From: a virus
Lineage: Duplodnaviria; Heunggongvirae; Uroviricota; Caudoviricetes
Length of the DNA stretch: 40,276 nt
Reading direction: 5' to 3' (one strand)
Virus record (IMG/VR): IMGVR_UViG_2713896903_000005
In this document: piece by piece, positions 16,679 through 27,315 of the stretch
Numbering within the stretch: position 1 is the stretch's first letter
Layout: each line of letters begins with the position of its first letter
The notes under the pieces: generated by a model
What the model was told of the DNA's origin: nothing
The model's database searches: none
Seen by the model: the letters and a program-made list of their open reading frames with translations, nothing else
Translations under genes and position numbers: made by a program

Positions 16679-17671
16679 ATGACAATGGCTGTTAAAGGCT
16701 TAACTGCGCTAACGCTGGCTGACTGGGGTAAGCGCGTCGATCCAAACGGGAAAGTCGATAAGATTATCGAGCTTCTCGGTCAAACAAACCCGATCCTTCA
16801 GGATATGCCTTTTGTCGAAGGGAACCTTCCTACCGGACACCGAACCACCATTCGTTCTGGTTTACCTTCAGCTACCTGGCGTTTGCTGAACTATGGCGTA
16901 CAGCCAAGCAAATCAACCACAGTGCAGGTAACCGATTCCGTTGGCATGCTGGAAACCTATGCTGAAGTCGATAAGTCACTGGCTGATCTGAACGGTAATA
17001 CCGCCGAATTCCGCCTGTCTGAAGACCGCGCATTTATTGAAGCGATGAATCAGCAGATGGCGCAGACACTGTTTTATGGTGATTCCAGCGTTAACCCTCA
17101 GCAGTTTATGGGACTGTCCTCCCGCTATTCCAGCCTGTCTGCGGGTAATGCTCAGAACATCATTGATGCTGGTGGCACGGGTACAGATAACACCTCAATC
17201 TGGTTAGTGGTGTGGGGCGAAAACACCGTGCATGGCATCTTCCCGAAAGGGCAGAAGGCTGGCATCCAGATGGAAGATAAAGGCCAGGTGACACTGGAAG
17301 ATGCGAATGGCGGCAAGTACGAAGGCTACCGTACCCATTACAAATGGGACAACGGACTTGCTCTGCGTGACTGGCGTTATGTTGTTCGCATTGCAAACAT
17401 CGATGTCAGCAATCTTTCAGAACCTTCCTCTGCCGCAAATATTGCGAAGTTGATGGTTAAAGCACTGCATCGCATTCCAAATCGTGGCATGGGTCGCCCG
17501 GTGTTCTACATGAACCGCACTGTAGGCCAGGCTCTTGATCTGCAATCTCTGGAGAAAACATCTCTGGCGATCAGCGTAAAAGAGACAGAAGGCGAGTGGT
17601 GGACTTCATTCCGTGGTGTACCAATCCGTGAAACTGATGCGCTTCTGGAAACAGAAGCCCGCGTGGTGTAA
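16679..17671 (+). CDS. major capsid protein
   Basis: 330 aa directly after the scaffold-like gene; size and position typical; start may be the second ATG at 16685. Confidence 0.65.
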   Translation: MTMAVKGLTALTLADWGKRVDPNGKVDKIIELLGQTNPILQDMPFVEGNLPTGHRTTIRSGLPSATWRLLNYGVQPSKSTTVQVTDSVGMLETYAEVDKSLADLNGNTAEFRLSEDRAFIEAMNQQMAQTLFYGDSSVNPQQFMGLSSRYSSLSAGNAQNIIDAGGTGTDNTSIWLVVWGENTVHGIFPKGQKAGIQMEDKGQVTLEDANGGKYEGYRTHYKWDNGLALRDWRYVVRIANIDVSNLSEPSSAANIAKLMVKALHRIPNRGMGRPVFYMNRTVGQALDLQSLEKTSLAISVKETEGEWWTSFRGVPIRETDALLETEARVV

Positions 17672-17722
17672 CGCCTGTTATTAACCTGTGGGTCGTAACA
17701 GACCCACTAATGGAGAAAGAAG

Positions 17723-18160
17723 ATGATAACCGACAAACTGTTGATGTTCTCCGAAGCTCAGGCGGTTACGAATACCGCGGCTTCTACTGACGTAATCGAT
17801 CTCGGTCCAATTGACGGAAAACGTCGTGATATCGGCGTTGGTTACCCGCTTGAGTTTTGGGCGCTGGTTAACACAGCCGCCGCGGCAAGCGGTGATGCAA
17901 CTGTAAACATCCAGTTGCAGACGAGTGAGAATAACAGCTCATGGACCACTATTTATGATAGTGGCGCACTGGCAAAGACCGCCCTGACAGCAGGTAAACG
18001 AGTTGTTTCTGCAAAGGTGCCTGCCGGTGTTCAGCGATATCTGCGTGTTAACTACTCCGTCGCAACTGGCCCACTGACGGCTGGCGAATTCACTGCTGGT
18101 ATCAGTCTTGATGTTGATGCCAATACGCCGTATCCGATCCGCTCAAAAGTAACTGGTTAA
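17723..18160 (+). CDS. hypothetical capsid-associated protein (possible decoration protein)
   Basis: 145 aa after the capsid gene; SD GGAGA; beta-rich composition. Confidence 0.4.
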   Translation: MITDKLLMFSEAQAVTNTAASTDVIDLGPIDGKRRDIGVGYPLEFWALVNTAAAASGDATVNIQLQTSENNSSWTTIYDSGALAKTALTAGKRVVSAKVPAGVQRYLRVNYSVATGPLTAGEFTAGISLDVDANTPYPIRSKVTG

Positions 18161-18170
18161 GGTGATATCG

Positions 18171-18506
18171 ATGTCAGGTGAGAAACCAAGATACCGCGTT
18201 CTGCGCCTCTCTCATATCCATAACACTCTGTGGCCGGAGGGGGCAGAAATCGAATACGAAGGTGAGCCTGGTAGCGCACTGGAACCTGTTAACGATGCAG
18301 CCAGACAGGCAAAAGCAAAAGTTGCAGGAAAGGTGTCAATGGCAGCAACCAGCACCAAAATCATCAACGATGTGTCAGATGATGGTGAACTGGATAAGCT
18401 CCGTGAAGAGTACGAATTGCTCTTTAACGAGAAGCCACACCATAACGCTAAAGCCGAAACGCTCCGCGAGAAGATCGCAGATAAGCGTAAAGAACTAGGC
18501 GTGTAA
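18171..18506 (+). CDS. hypothetical protein
   Basis: ATG at 18171 with SD AAGGTGA (ORF-track GTG at 18162); followed by a strong terminator. Confidence 0.4.
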   Translation: MSGEKPRYRVLRLSHIHNTLWPEGAEIEYEGEPGSALEPVNDAARQAKAKVAGKVSMAATSTKIINDVSDDGELDKLREEYELLFNEKPHHNAKAETLREKIADKRKELGV

Positions 18507-18522
18507 GCCTCGCGAATCCGAC

Positions 18523-18544
18523 AAGGGGCTTCGGCCCCTTTATT
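18523..18544 (+). terminator. intrinsic terminator
   Basis: AAGGGGC-TTCG-GCCCCTT hairpin followed by TTATTG. Confidence 0.65.
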
Positions 18545-18556
18545 GCAGGAGTGTAT

Positions 18557-18880
18557 ATGGAACTCGTAAACCTCAAAACCGGCACTGACAGCTACCAGGA
18601 TGAGAGCGGAGAAACCAGAACTCGCGATGAATATCCGTGGGGGCTGTGCATCACTCTTAATAACGACACATTGAATAAGCTGAAGGCGCAACCTCAGGGC
18701 GTCGGAACAGAAGTGATGATAACTGCAAAGGCTGTTATTCGAGGCCTGTCTGCCAGAGAAACTGACGATGGTGTTAATCGCAGCGCCGATCTGCAGATCA
18801 CTGATATGGCAATCGCTCCTGTTTCCGGTGATGTAGAAAAATCAGCGGCTGAAACCCTCTACGGTAACGGGGGTGAGTGA
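18557..18880 (+). CDS. hypothetical protein
   Basis: ATG at 18557 with SD GCAGGAG; no recognisable domain. Confidence 0.4.
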   Translation: MELVNLKTGTDSYQDESGETRTRDEYPWGLCITLNNDTLNKLKAQPQGVGTEVMITAKAVIRGLSARETDDGVNRSADLQITDMAIAPVSGDVEKSAAETLYGNGGE

Positions 18881-19485
18881 TGGCCTCTGTAGTAGAGATC
18901 TGTAATCGTGCGCTGTCCAATATTGGCAACAGCCGCAGCATTAACAGCCTGACGGAAGCCAGCAAGGAAGCGGGGGAGTGTTCGCTGCACTTTGAGGCCT
19001 GCCGTGATGCTGTGCTTTCTGATTTTGACTGGAACTTTGCTACCAAACGCGTGGCGCTTGCAGATACGAACAATCCACCGCCTGACTGGGAATATGCGTA
19101 CCAGTACCCGTCAGATTGTCTGCGCATTACTGAAATTATGCTTCCTGGTGTACGCAATCCAACAGCAGCAATGCGCGTTCAGTACGAAGTTGGTGCAGAC
19201 ACCAACGGAACAGGAAAGTTGATCTACACAGACCAGCCGCAGGCATGGCTCAAGTATGTATCTCGCGTTTCAGATGTGAACATGTTTGATGCCATTTTTA
19301 TGGAGGCGTTGGCCTGGCGTCTTGCGGCAGCTATTAACATGGCGCTGACTGGGAATGCAGACCTCGGTACGTTTGCCCTCAATATGTACAATCGCGTGAT
19401 TCTTAGTGCTGGCTCGCATAGCCAGAATGAATCACAGGAACCACAGCCACCGGTTGACGAGTTTACCATTGCGAGGTTGTCCTGA
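18880..19485 (+). CDS. tail tubular protein A-like (T7 gp11-type adaptor), tentative
   Basis: About 200 aa directly upstream of an about 820-aa protein, mirroring the T7 gp11/gp12 size pair; N-terminal region loosely resembles gp11-type proteins. Confidence 0.45.
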   Translation: MASVVEICNRALSNIGNSRSINSLTEASKEAGECSLHFEACRDAVLSDFDWNFATKRVALADTNNPPPDWEYAYQYPSDCLRITEIMLPGVRNPTAAMRVQYEVGADTNGTGKLIYTDQPQAWLKYVSRVSDVNMFDAIFMEALAWRLAAAINMALTGNADLGTFALNMYNRVILSAGSHSQNESQEPQPPVDEFTIARLS

Positions 19486-21956
19486 TGGCTATCAGTTGGA
19501 TCCAGCCCAGCTTTGCCGGTGGTGAGATTGGACCGTCGTTGTACGGTCGTATCGACATGGCGAAGTACCAGGTGGCATTGCGCAAGTGCGATAACTTTAT
19601 CGTGCGGCAGTATGGCGGCGTTGAGAATCGACCTGGTACGCGTTTTGTCGGTGCCGCCAAATACCCAAATCGGAAATGCCGCCTGATCCCGTTCCAGTTC
19701 TCGACGGTTCAGACCTATGCTCTGGAGTTCGGGCACCAGTACATGCGCGTTATCAAAGATGGTGCATTGGTGCTGAACAGCAGCAATGTTATTTATGAAA
19801 TTGCCACGCCATATACTGAAGCCGATCTGTTCCGAATTAAATTCACGCAAAGCGCCGACGTGCTTACGCTGGTTCACCCTGCATACCCGCCGAAAGAGTT
19901 GCGCCGCTATGCGCATGACAACTGGCAACTGGTTGATGTGGTAACGAAGAACGGGCCATTTGAAGATATCAATATTGACGAGTCAGTGACGGTTTATGCC
20001 AGCGCCAGCACCGGGACAATTACGTTAACGGCAAGCGCCTCTATTTTTGGCGCGGAGCAGGTAGGCAAATTGTTCTATCTGGAACAGCCTGCAGTGGATT
20101 CGGTGCCAGTATGGGAAACCAGTAAGAGTACGTCGATTGGCGATATTCGCCGTGCAGACAGTAACTACTATCGCGCCGTTACAGCAGGCAAAACAGGTAC
20201 TTTGCGCCCTTCGCATACAGAAGGCACATCATGGGATGGCTGGGGCGGATCCGGTGATGATGATACTGGCATTGAGTGGGAATATCTGCACAGTGGTTTT
20301 GGCATTGCCCGTATCACTGCTGCAAATGGAACTACTGCAACTGCCGAGGTGATTTCCTATATCCCTTCGCAGGTAGTTGGCGAGGATAATGCCAGCTATA
20401 AATGGGCTAAATATGCCTGGAACAGTGTTAATGGTTATCCTGGCACTGTTGTTTATTATCAACAACGTCTTTACTTCGCCGCATCGACTGCGTTCCCTCA
20501 GACTATCTGGGCCAGCCGTACCGGGGATTATAAGGATTTTGGCAAAAGCAATCCTACGCAGGATGACGACAGAATTATCTACACCTATGCCGGGCGTCAG
20601 GTTAATGAGATCCGCCACCTGATTGATGTTGGTTCGCTGGTGGCGCTGACTTCCGGAGGTGAGTACGTCATCACCGGCGACCAGAACAAAGTGTTAACCC
20701 CATCATCATTTGCATTCAGCTCTCAGGGATCAAATGGCTCAAGCAACGTCCCACCAATTGCTGTGGCGAATATTGCTCTGTTCGTCCAGGAGAAAGGCAG
20801 CGTTGTCCGTGATCTGGCCTACTCATTCGATGTTGACGGCTATCAGGGGAACGACCTGACCATCCTTGCTAATCATCTTTTTCAGAAGCACAGCATTGTT
20901 GACTGGTGCTTCTCGATTGTCCCTTACTCCAGCGCCTTCTGTATTCGTGATGACGGTAAATTACTGGTGATGACCTATTTGCGTGATCAGCAGGTTTTTG
21001 CATGGGCACCACAGTCCAGTACCGGAAAATATGAAAGCACATGCAGTATCAGCGAAGGCAATGAAGATGCGGTGTATTTCGTCGTTAACCGAACCGTTAA
21101 CGGGCAAACAGTGAGATACATCGAGCGGCTGTCCAGCCGTTTATTTACCAGCGATGAAGATGCTTTCTTTGTTGATTCTGGCCTTAGCTATGATGGAAGA
21201 AATACGTCTGACAGAACGATGACCATCACCGGTGGTTCTGGTGAATGGGATTACCGTGCGGAATATACAATCAGTGTTTCTGGTGGTGCGTACTTCACCA
21301 GTAGTGATGTCGGCGCGCAACTACAGTTCCCTTATACCGGAACTGATCCTGATACTGGCGATGAAGTGTCAAAAGAATTACGTTGCGACATTATTTCTGT
21401 AACCAGCAATACCGCTGTAGTGGTTCGTGCTAACAGGAACGTCCCTCCATCCCTCAGGAATGTGGCCACCACGAACTGGCAGATGGCGCGCCGGACATTT
21501 GGAGGCCTGTCTCATCTTGAAGGCCAGACCGTAAACATTCTCTCTGATGCGAACGTGGAACCACAGAAAGTGGTTTCCGGAGGTGCCGTCACGCTGGAAT
21601 CTCCGGGGGCTGTAGTGCACATCGGCCTGCCAATAACTGCTGAATTCGAAACACTGGATATCAACATTAACGGACAGGAAACGCTGCTGGACAAAAAACA
21701 GGTGATCTCCTCCGTTACTCTGGTTGTGAATGCCAGTCGCGGCATCTTGGCGACTACGCCCGGCGGTAAATGGTACGAATATCCACAGCGTGAATTCGAG
21801 TTCTACGATGATCCTGTTGATGATGCTACCGGAAAAGTAGAAGTGAAACTGGACAGTAACTGGGGCAAAAACGGACGTGTAAAAATCCGTCAGCTTGATC
21901 CGTTGCCGCTGTCTGTTCTTGCCGTTATTCCTCGCCTTACTGTTGGGGGGTTCTGA
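19485..21956 (+). CDS. tail tubular protein B-like (nozzle), tentative
   Basis: 823 aa; TGATG overlap with the upstream gene; size and position match gp12-type tail tube proteins. Confidence 0.45.
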   Translation: MAISWIQPSFAGGEIGPSLYGRIDMAKYQVALRKCDNFIVRQYGGVENRPGTRFVGAAKYPNRKCRLIPFQFSTVQTYALEFGHQYMRVIKDGALVLNSSNVIYEIATPYTEADLFRIKFTQSADVLTLVHPAYPPKELRRYAHDNWQLVDVVTKNGPFEDINIDESVTVYASASTGTITLTASASIFGAEQVGKLFYLEQPAVDSVPVWETSKSTSIGDIRRADSNYYRAVTAGKTGTLRPSHTEGTSWDGWGGSGDDDTGIEWEYLHSGFGIARITAANGTTATAEVISYIPSQVVGEDNASYKWAKYAWNSVNGYPGTVVYYQQRLYFAASTAFPQTIWASRTGDYKDFGKSNPTQDDDRIIYTYAGRQVNEIRHLIDVGSLVALTSGGEYVITGDQNKVLTPSSFAFSSQGSNGSSNVPPIAVANIALFVQEKGSVVRDLAYSFDVDGYQGNDLTILANHLFQKHSIVDWCFSIVPYSSAFCIRDDGKLLVMTYLRDQQVFAWAPQSSTGKYESTCSISEGNEDAVYFVVNRTVNGQTVRYIERLSSRLFTSDEDAFFVDSGLSYDGRNTSDRTMTITGGSGEWDYRAEYTISVSGGAYFTSSDVGAQLQFPYTGTDPDTGDEVSKELRCDIISVTSNTAVVVRANRNVPPSLRNVATTNWQMARRTFGGLSHLEGQTVNILSDANVEPQKVVSGGAVTLESPGAVVHIGLPITAEFETLDININGQETLLDKKQVISSVTLVVNASRGILATTPGGKWYEYPQREFEFYDDPVDDATGKVEVKLDSNWGKNGRVKIRQLDPLPLSVLAVIPRLTVGGF

Positions 21957-22420
21957 TGATCGATGTTCAAATTATTCCCGCTACCGAAGAGCATCTTCAG
22001 ATGATTTTGCCGGATGTTCGTCAGGCTGATATTGACGAACTGTATGCGGTATCGCTGATGACTACCGAAGATGCGCTGCGTGTTGGTCTTCGCACTGCGA
22101 CTATGGCCTGGTCAGGGTTCGCGAACGGAGAACTGGTAACCATGTTTGGTGTATCTCCGGCGTCAATGATCGGTGGCAATGGTACGCCCTGGCTGGTCGG
22201 AACCAGCCGTATTGAAAAATATCAGAAGACATTTCTTCGCCACTGCCGCCCTGTATTGCAGCAGATGCTGGCAGTTTATCCGCGCCTGGAAAACTACGTC
22301 GACGAGCGAAACCATGTTGCCAAAGCATGGCTGCACTGGCTTGGATTCAGGCTTGAAGAAGCCGCGCCTTATGGTGCTCTTGGTCTTAATTTCCACAGAT
22401 TTCACATGGAGAGAAAATAA
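21956..22420 (+). CDS. hypothetical virion protein
   Basis: 154 aa, start overlaps the upstream stop; position corresponds to small internal virion proteins of T7-type tails. Confidence 0.4.
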   Translation: MIDVQIIPATEEHLQMILPDVRQADIDELYAVSLMTTEDALRVGLRTATMAWSGFANGELVTMFGVSPASMIGGNGTPWLVGTSRIEKYQKTFLRHCRPVLQQMLAVYPRLENYVDERNHVAKAWLHWLGFRLEEAAPYGALGLNFHRFHMERK

Positions 22421-22995
22421 TGTGCGATCCGGTTATTGCTGGTGGCGCAATGCTCGCCATGAGTGGCATTCAGGCATACACCCAGTACCAACAGGGAAAG
22501 TATGCCTCGAAGGTTGCAGAAGCGAACGCAGATATAGCCACTGCTCAGGCAAATGATGCAATAAACAGAGGTAACGCTGAAGCTGAGCAACGGCGCAGAG
22601 AGACCCGACAGCGGCTTGGTACACAAGCGGCGACAATGGGGGCGACCGGTGCTGATTTATCTACCGGTAACGCGCTGGATATATTTGGCGACACTGCCCA
22701 GTTTGGCGCTCTTGATTCTCTGACGACGGTGAATAACGCGCAACGCGAGGATTACGGTTATCAGGTTCAGGCTGCCAACTATAAAGCAGAAGCCAGTTCA
22801 GCCCGTAAACAGGGGAATGTGGGAGCAGCAACAACATTGCTCACTGCGCCTCTGAAGGCATACGGTGCGTACCAGATGTTTGGTGGGACGTGGAGTCCGT
22901 TCTCTAAAGGAAGTACATCTGGTGGTGGGACGCCAATGTTATCTAACTCAGGTTTTATGAATTCTGACTCCCGATTCAAAATAGGAGGTTACTGA
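22420..22995 (+). CDS. internal virion protein (gp14-like), tentative
   Basis: 191 aa; Ala/Gln-rich with MC... N-terminus, reminiscent of T7 gp14-type proteins. Confidence 0.4.
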   Translation: MCDPVIAGGAMLAMSGIQAYTQYQQGKYASKVAEANADIATAQANDAINRGNAEAEQRRRETRQRLGTQAATMGATGADLSTGNALDIFGDTAQFGALDSLTTVNNAQREDYGYQVQAANYKAEASSARKQGNVGAATTLLTAPLKAYGAYQMFGGTWSPFSKGSTSGGGTPMLSNSGFMNSDSRFKIGGY

Positions 22996-25616
22996 TGCCA
23001 GTCGTACCAACAGTATCCGGACGTCAGGTTGAGAGTCGTGGAGTTCAGTCAGCAGGCTTGCAGACGTTTTCTCAGCCAGGTATTGGTGATGCTTTTGTTC
23101 GGGCAGGGACAGAGGCAATTGATGTTCTGGGTCAGGAAAAACAGCGTGCCAATATTGCCTTGGTTCAGGAGGCATCCCTTAAACTCAGTCAGACAGGCAG
23201 CGATCTGCTGAATAACCCTGAAACAGGTTTGCTTAACCTGAAAGGGAAAAATGCTATTGGAAAAGGTCAGGAGTATACGCAGCAGTTTGATGCTCAGGTC
23301 GAACAACTGGCTATGTCGCTGCCGGATGAACAGGCTCGTAATGCTTTCATGCAGCAGGCGCAGCAGCAGCGTATTCAGTTCACTACGCAGGCCGGGAGGT
23401 ACGAAATAGGACAGGTTCGCCAGTATGAGGCGAATATGCAGGATGCGACACTAAAAAACCTATCGATGCAGTTCCGTAACCCGACAATGGCAAACCAGGC
23501 AGGATTGAAGGCATATCATAGCATCATCGCTTACGGCGAAGCCCACGGCCAGAGTCAAGAAGAGATCGAACAGAACTGGGTTTCGTGGCGCGAGAATGCC
23601 GCGAACGGTGCGGCGGAGGCGTGGTATGTGCCGATGTATCAACAGATGATGGGGCCGAACGGCAAGATTGAGGTAACCGATACACCGAGTGAGGCGCAGT
23701 TATTCTCTGCAATAATCTGGCAGGAGAGTGGCGGAAATCAGTACGGAAAGGACGGAACACCTCTGGTGTCGCCAAAAGGCGCTGTTGGCGTAGCGCAGGT
23801 GACGGAAGATACTGGCCCCGAAGCTGCCCGCCTTGCTGGTGTGCCGTGGGACCGAGATAAATGGTTGAATGACCCGCGCTATAATGCCCGCTTGGGGCAA
23901 GCTTATTTCGGCGCGCAGATGAAGAAATACGACAATAACCCGGTTCTGGCAGTAGCTGCCTATAACGCTGGCCCAGGAAAGGTTGACGGCTGGATTAAAC
24001 AGATTGGCGATCCGCGCACAGGCGAAGTCAGTAACGCCCAGTTTGCCGCAGCTATCCCATACGACGAGACGCGCAATTATGTGGCAAAAGTAACTGGCAG
24101 TGCTGGAGCTATTCCTGGATCTGCGACGATGGAAAACCTCATCGCACAGCCATTCTGGAACGCCATGAGTCCGGACAAAAAGTCGCAGATGATGAGCAAG
24201 GTTGCTGGCATGTACGACATGCAGGCTTCAGCCGGTCGCGTTGCGCTACAGAGTCGAATGCAGGACGACCTATCCAAAATTGAGGCCGGTAAGCAGGTGA
24301 CGCCTATTTCAGCGCACGAATGGGCCGCCGTTATGCCGCTTCAGGCAGCGCCTGCCGAGCGCCTGCAGATGGAAAAAACCTTCCAGCAATACCAGCAGGC
24401 AATGACGCTACAACCTGTTTATCAGACCATTATGCAGGGCAACGTCCAGCAGGGTACCGCCGCCGTGCAGGCAATGGCACCGCAGGAAAACGACCCTGAC
24501 TTTAAATACAAAGCCGAGCTTTATGCATCGGCAAAGGTCAAGCTTGGGCAGGTACTGAAGGCGCGGGAAGCGGATCCGGGGGCGTGGCTGCAACAAAACT
24601 CTCCGGTTGTGCAGGCTGCATTCCAGCAGTACCTCAATGACCCTTCATCTGGTGAATACCTAGTTTCCCGCATACAGTCTGAAAAAGACCGCTTGGGGAT
24701 AATGAGCAAAAAAGTTTTACCGGAGTCCATGGTCAACGACGTACTGCAGCGTATTGACAACACGCAGGAATCTAGCGTAAAGGCCATTCAGTCGGTGGCG
24801 CAGTCGTTCGGCAAATACTCGGACCAGGTGATGCGGCAGGTGCAAAATAAAGCATTCCCAGCTTTAAAGGTTGTAATGTCTACAGAAAACCAACGGGCAG
24901 CAGATGCGTTGTGGCAAATACGGAATGTACCTACTTCTGATTTGAGATCTGGCTTGGATAAAAACCAGGCAGACAGTGCAGACTCATCGTGGACAGATCA
25001 ATTTAAAGATTTTTCTTCAACTCTTATTCCTCAGAGAAATGGTGCTGAAAACTGGACTATTTATAACGAGCAGGGAAAACGCTTGACCTACAACTACATG
25101 CAGCGCGGAATGTCGGCGTCTGATGCAGCAAAACAGGCGTATCAGGACCTTCTCGGCGAGCAGTACCAGACCAATGGCACTTGGCGGCTACCTAATCGTG
25201 CAGGGATAGATATTCGTGACGTTAACGATGGTGCCAATGCGTATCTGAAAAACCTGTCAGCAGATCAGATTATGCCGCTTATTGGTGACCCAAGGCTACC
25301 TGATGAGGTCAACCGTGAGCAGAGTATCTCCCGCATTCGTGATAATGCGCAGTGGGTTACCAACAGCGACGAAACAGGACTTACCCTGATGCTCAACGGG
25401 CTGATCGTCAACGGTGCCGACGGCAACCCGATTACGGTGACGTTCAACGATCTGGCGAAACTGGGAACAACCAACCGATCAGTATGGAACAGCATTACCA
25501 AGTTCATTGATACTCCGGTGAAATATACTCCCGGACAGTCTAAGGAATACAGCGCAGAAAGTCAGCGCGACAACCTGATTAACATTTTCCAGAACGGCCA
25601 GCAATCAGGACGATAA
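22995..25616 (+). CDS. internal virion protein with lytic transglycosylase (SLT) domain
   Basis: 873 aa; SLT-like motifs IIWQESGGNQY...GAVGVAQV...AYNAGPG at about residues 235-330; SD GGAGG. Confidence 0.7.
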   Translation: MPVVPTVSGRQVESRGVQSAGLQTFSQPGIGDAFVRAGTEAIDVLGQEKQRANIALVQEASLKLSQTGSDLLNNPETGLLNLKGKNAIGKGQEYTQQFDAQVEQLAMSLPDEQARNAFMQQAQQQRIQFTTQAGRYEIGQVRQYEANMQDATLKNLSMQFRNPTMANQAGLKAYHSIIAYGEAHGQSQEEIEQNWVSWRENAANGAAEAWYVPMYQQMMGPNGKIEVTDTPSEAQLFSAIIWQESGGNQYGKDGTPLVSPKGAVGVAQVTEDTGPEAARLAGVPWDRDKWLNDPRYNARLGQAYFGAQMKKYDNNPVLAVAAYNAGPGKVDGWIKQIGDPRTGEVSNAQFAAAIPYDETRNYVAKVTGSAGAIPGSATMENLIAQPFWNAMSPDKKSQMMSKVAGMYDMQASAGRVALQSRMQDDLSKIEAGKQVTPISAHEWAAVMPLQAAPAERLQMEKTFQQYQQAMTLQPVYQTIMQGNVQQGTAAVQAMAPQENDPDFKYKAELYASAKVKLGQVLKAREADPGAWLQQNSPVVQAAFQQYLNDPSSGEYLVSRIQSEKDRLGIMSKKVLPESMVNDVLQRIDNTQESSVKAIQSVAQSFGKYSDQVMRQVQNKAFPALKVVMSTENQRAADALWQIRNVPTSDLRSGLDKNQADSADSSWTDQFKDFSSTLIPQRNGAENWTIYNEQGKRLTYNYMQRGMSASDAAKQAYQDLLGEQYQTNGTWRLPNRAGIDIRDVNDGANAYLKNLSADQIMPLIGDPRLPDEVNREQSISRIRDNAQWVTNSDETGLTLMLNGLIVNGADGNPITVTFNDLAKLGTTNRSVWNSITKFIDTPVKYTPGQSKEYSAESQRDNLINIFQNGQQSGR

Positions 25617-25617
25617 C

Positions 25618-27315
25618 ATGCCAATTTACACAGATGATCCGGGACAGGGAATTAACCAGCCAATTGGCAACGCGCCAGCAGGGCTTGGCGAATCGCTGCT
25701 TTCTTCCCTTAAGCAGGGATTTGAAGAGGGGCCGGTCATGTCCGGCTACCGCTTTGCGCAGGCCGACTCGCTGGCGAATGACCCAAACTCTACAGTTATC
25801 AGTAAGCAGGAAGCGGATGAGCTCCTGAAGCAGTACGGCGTAAAGAGCATAAACGTGCCAGATTCTGGCGTTACGCAGGCTTTTCTCGATCATGTTATTG
25901 CCGAACGCAAAGATTCTCTGGCACGCCAGCAGATCGCGATGTCGGCACCGAGCGGATGGGTAGCCACGCCGCTTAATTTCGCAGCCAGCCTAGCTGGTTC
26001 AATGGCAGATCCTGGTAACGTGGCGCTGGCGCTGGTTCCGTTCGCTGGAGAAGCAAAGGCGGCTTCTGTGCTTGGCCGATTTGGCGAGCGATTTGTTGCT
26101 GGTGCACGCATGGGGGCAGCGCAGGCGGTGGTGACCGTGCCGCTTACCGGGCTGGCAGCGGCGGCGGAAGGTGACGACTTCACCTATAGCAACGCGTTGG
26201 AAAGTACTTTCTTTAACACGATGGCTGGCGGTCTAATGCATGCCGGCGGCGGCCTTATCGCCGATATCGTGCGACCGCGTCGCGTTCCCGATGCTGCAAC
26301 GGGAGAGTCCCCGGCGTTTTCTGGCGATGCGCAGCCAACCCCGGTGATAACGCCTGACAACATTCCGGCGGGCGTGAATATCCCTGAGGTTGGCGCTAAC
26401 GCAGATCTGGCGGCTGCCATTTCCAGTGAAGCGGAGAGCTACGCATACAGCCGGGCTTATGACGACGTGGTTCCTGACTATATGGCGCGCCAGCAGGAGT
26501 TACAGAGCGGGCAGATCGGTAACGTTGCCGACCTGCGTGCCGAGCTTGCGGCTAATCAACGTCATGCTGACTCTCTTGATGCGACGCTGCAGCAGCGCAC
26601 CAAAAAGTATCAGGGGCAGCGGATGAAGTTTAAGGATGCGCGCTCTAGGGCACTGAAAGAGATTCAGGCCGAGAAAGACGCCATCGCTGCACGCAATCAG
26701 GAGATCAACACATCGCTGGAGCAGAACGCGACAGCAGAGCAGGCGCGCTGGCGCCAGTCTCAGATTTCCCGCGGCGAGATCCCCGACGACCTGAAAGTCA
26801 CCATTTCCGAGCGTGCGCAGCAGATCCTGGACGGCATGCAGATGTCGCCGGTCGCTGGCGCAGTTCGCACTGCCGCAAGCGCCATCAGGGATGCTGACTG
26901 GAGCGTGAACCAGCAGGCGTATCGCGCTGCGCTGGCACACATGATGGAAGGACGTAGCCCAGATGTTGAGCCCTTCTATGAACTGCACAAACCGGCACTG
27001 CGTGAACGCGCCATCCATCGCATACAGAACCCGGCACGGCAGGTTGATGAAACGGCTCGCCCAGCAAGCGAAACAGCCGATCGGGTTTATCAAGAAACGC
27101 AAAAGGCAGATCATGAAATTACCGCTGCCGCTGCAGACCTTGATAACGAGCTCAACCTGAGTAACGCCCTGCTTGACGATATCGCTGTCGATAACCCTGA
27201 TCTTGCGACCACGTTGCGCCAGAAACTCAATGATATTCGTGCAGACGCCAGCGACAATAGCATGAGCAACGCTTTCCGGGCATTTGCCGCCTGTATGATT
27301 AACCGGGGGATGTGA
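25618..27315 (+). CDS. internal virion / ejection protein
   Basis: 565 aa, Ala-rich, between the SLT protein and a large ejection protein. Confidence 0.45.
   Translation: MPIYTDDPGQGINQPIGNAPAGLGESLLSSLKQGFEEGPVMSGYRFAQADSLANDPNSTVISKQEADELLKQYGVKSINVPDSGVTQAFLDHVIAERKDSLARQQIAMSAPSGWVATPLNFAASLAGSMADPGNVALALVPFAGEAKAASVLGRFGERFVAGARMGAAQAVVTVPLTGLAAAAEGDDFTYSNALESTFFNTMAGGLMHAGGGLIADIVRPRRVPDAATGESPAFSGDAQPTPVITPDNIPAGVNIPEVGANADLAAAISSEAESYAYSRAYDDVVPDYMARQQELQSGQIGNVADLRAELAANQRHADSLDATLQQRTKKYQGQRMKFKDARSRALKEIQAEKDAIAARNQEINTSLEQNATAEQARWRQSQISRGEIPDDLKVTISERAQQILDGMQMSPVAGAVRTAASAIRDADWSVNQQAYRAALAHMMEGRSPDVEPFYELHKPALRERAIHRIQNPARQVDETARPASETADRVYQETQKADHEITAAAADLDNELNLSNALLDDIAVDNPDLATTLRQKLNDIRADASDNSMSNAFRAFAACMINRGM

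Noticed and set aside
17686-17701. CTGT-N8-ACAG match (CTGTGGGTCGTAACAG) after the capsid gene
   Set aside because: The spacer is GC-rich, unlike real LexA boxes, and the sequence is part of a hairpin (GTGGGTC-N6-GACCCAC); more likely an RNA stem than an SOS box.
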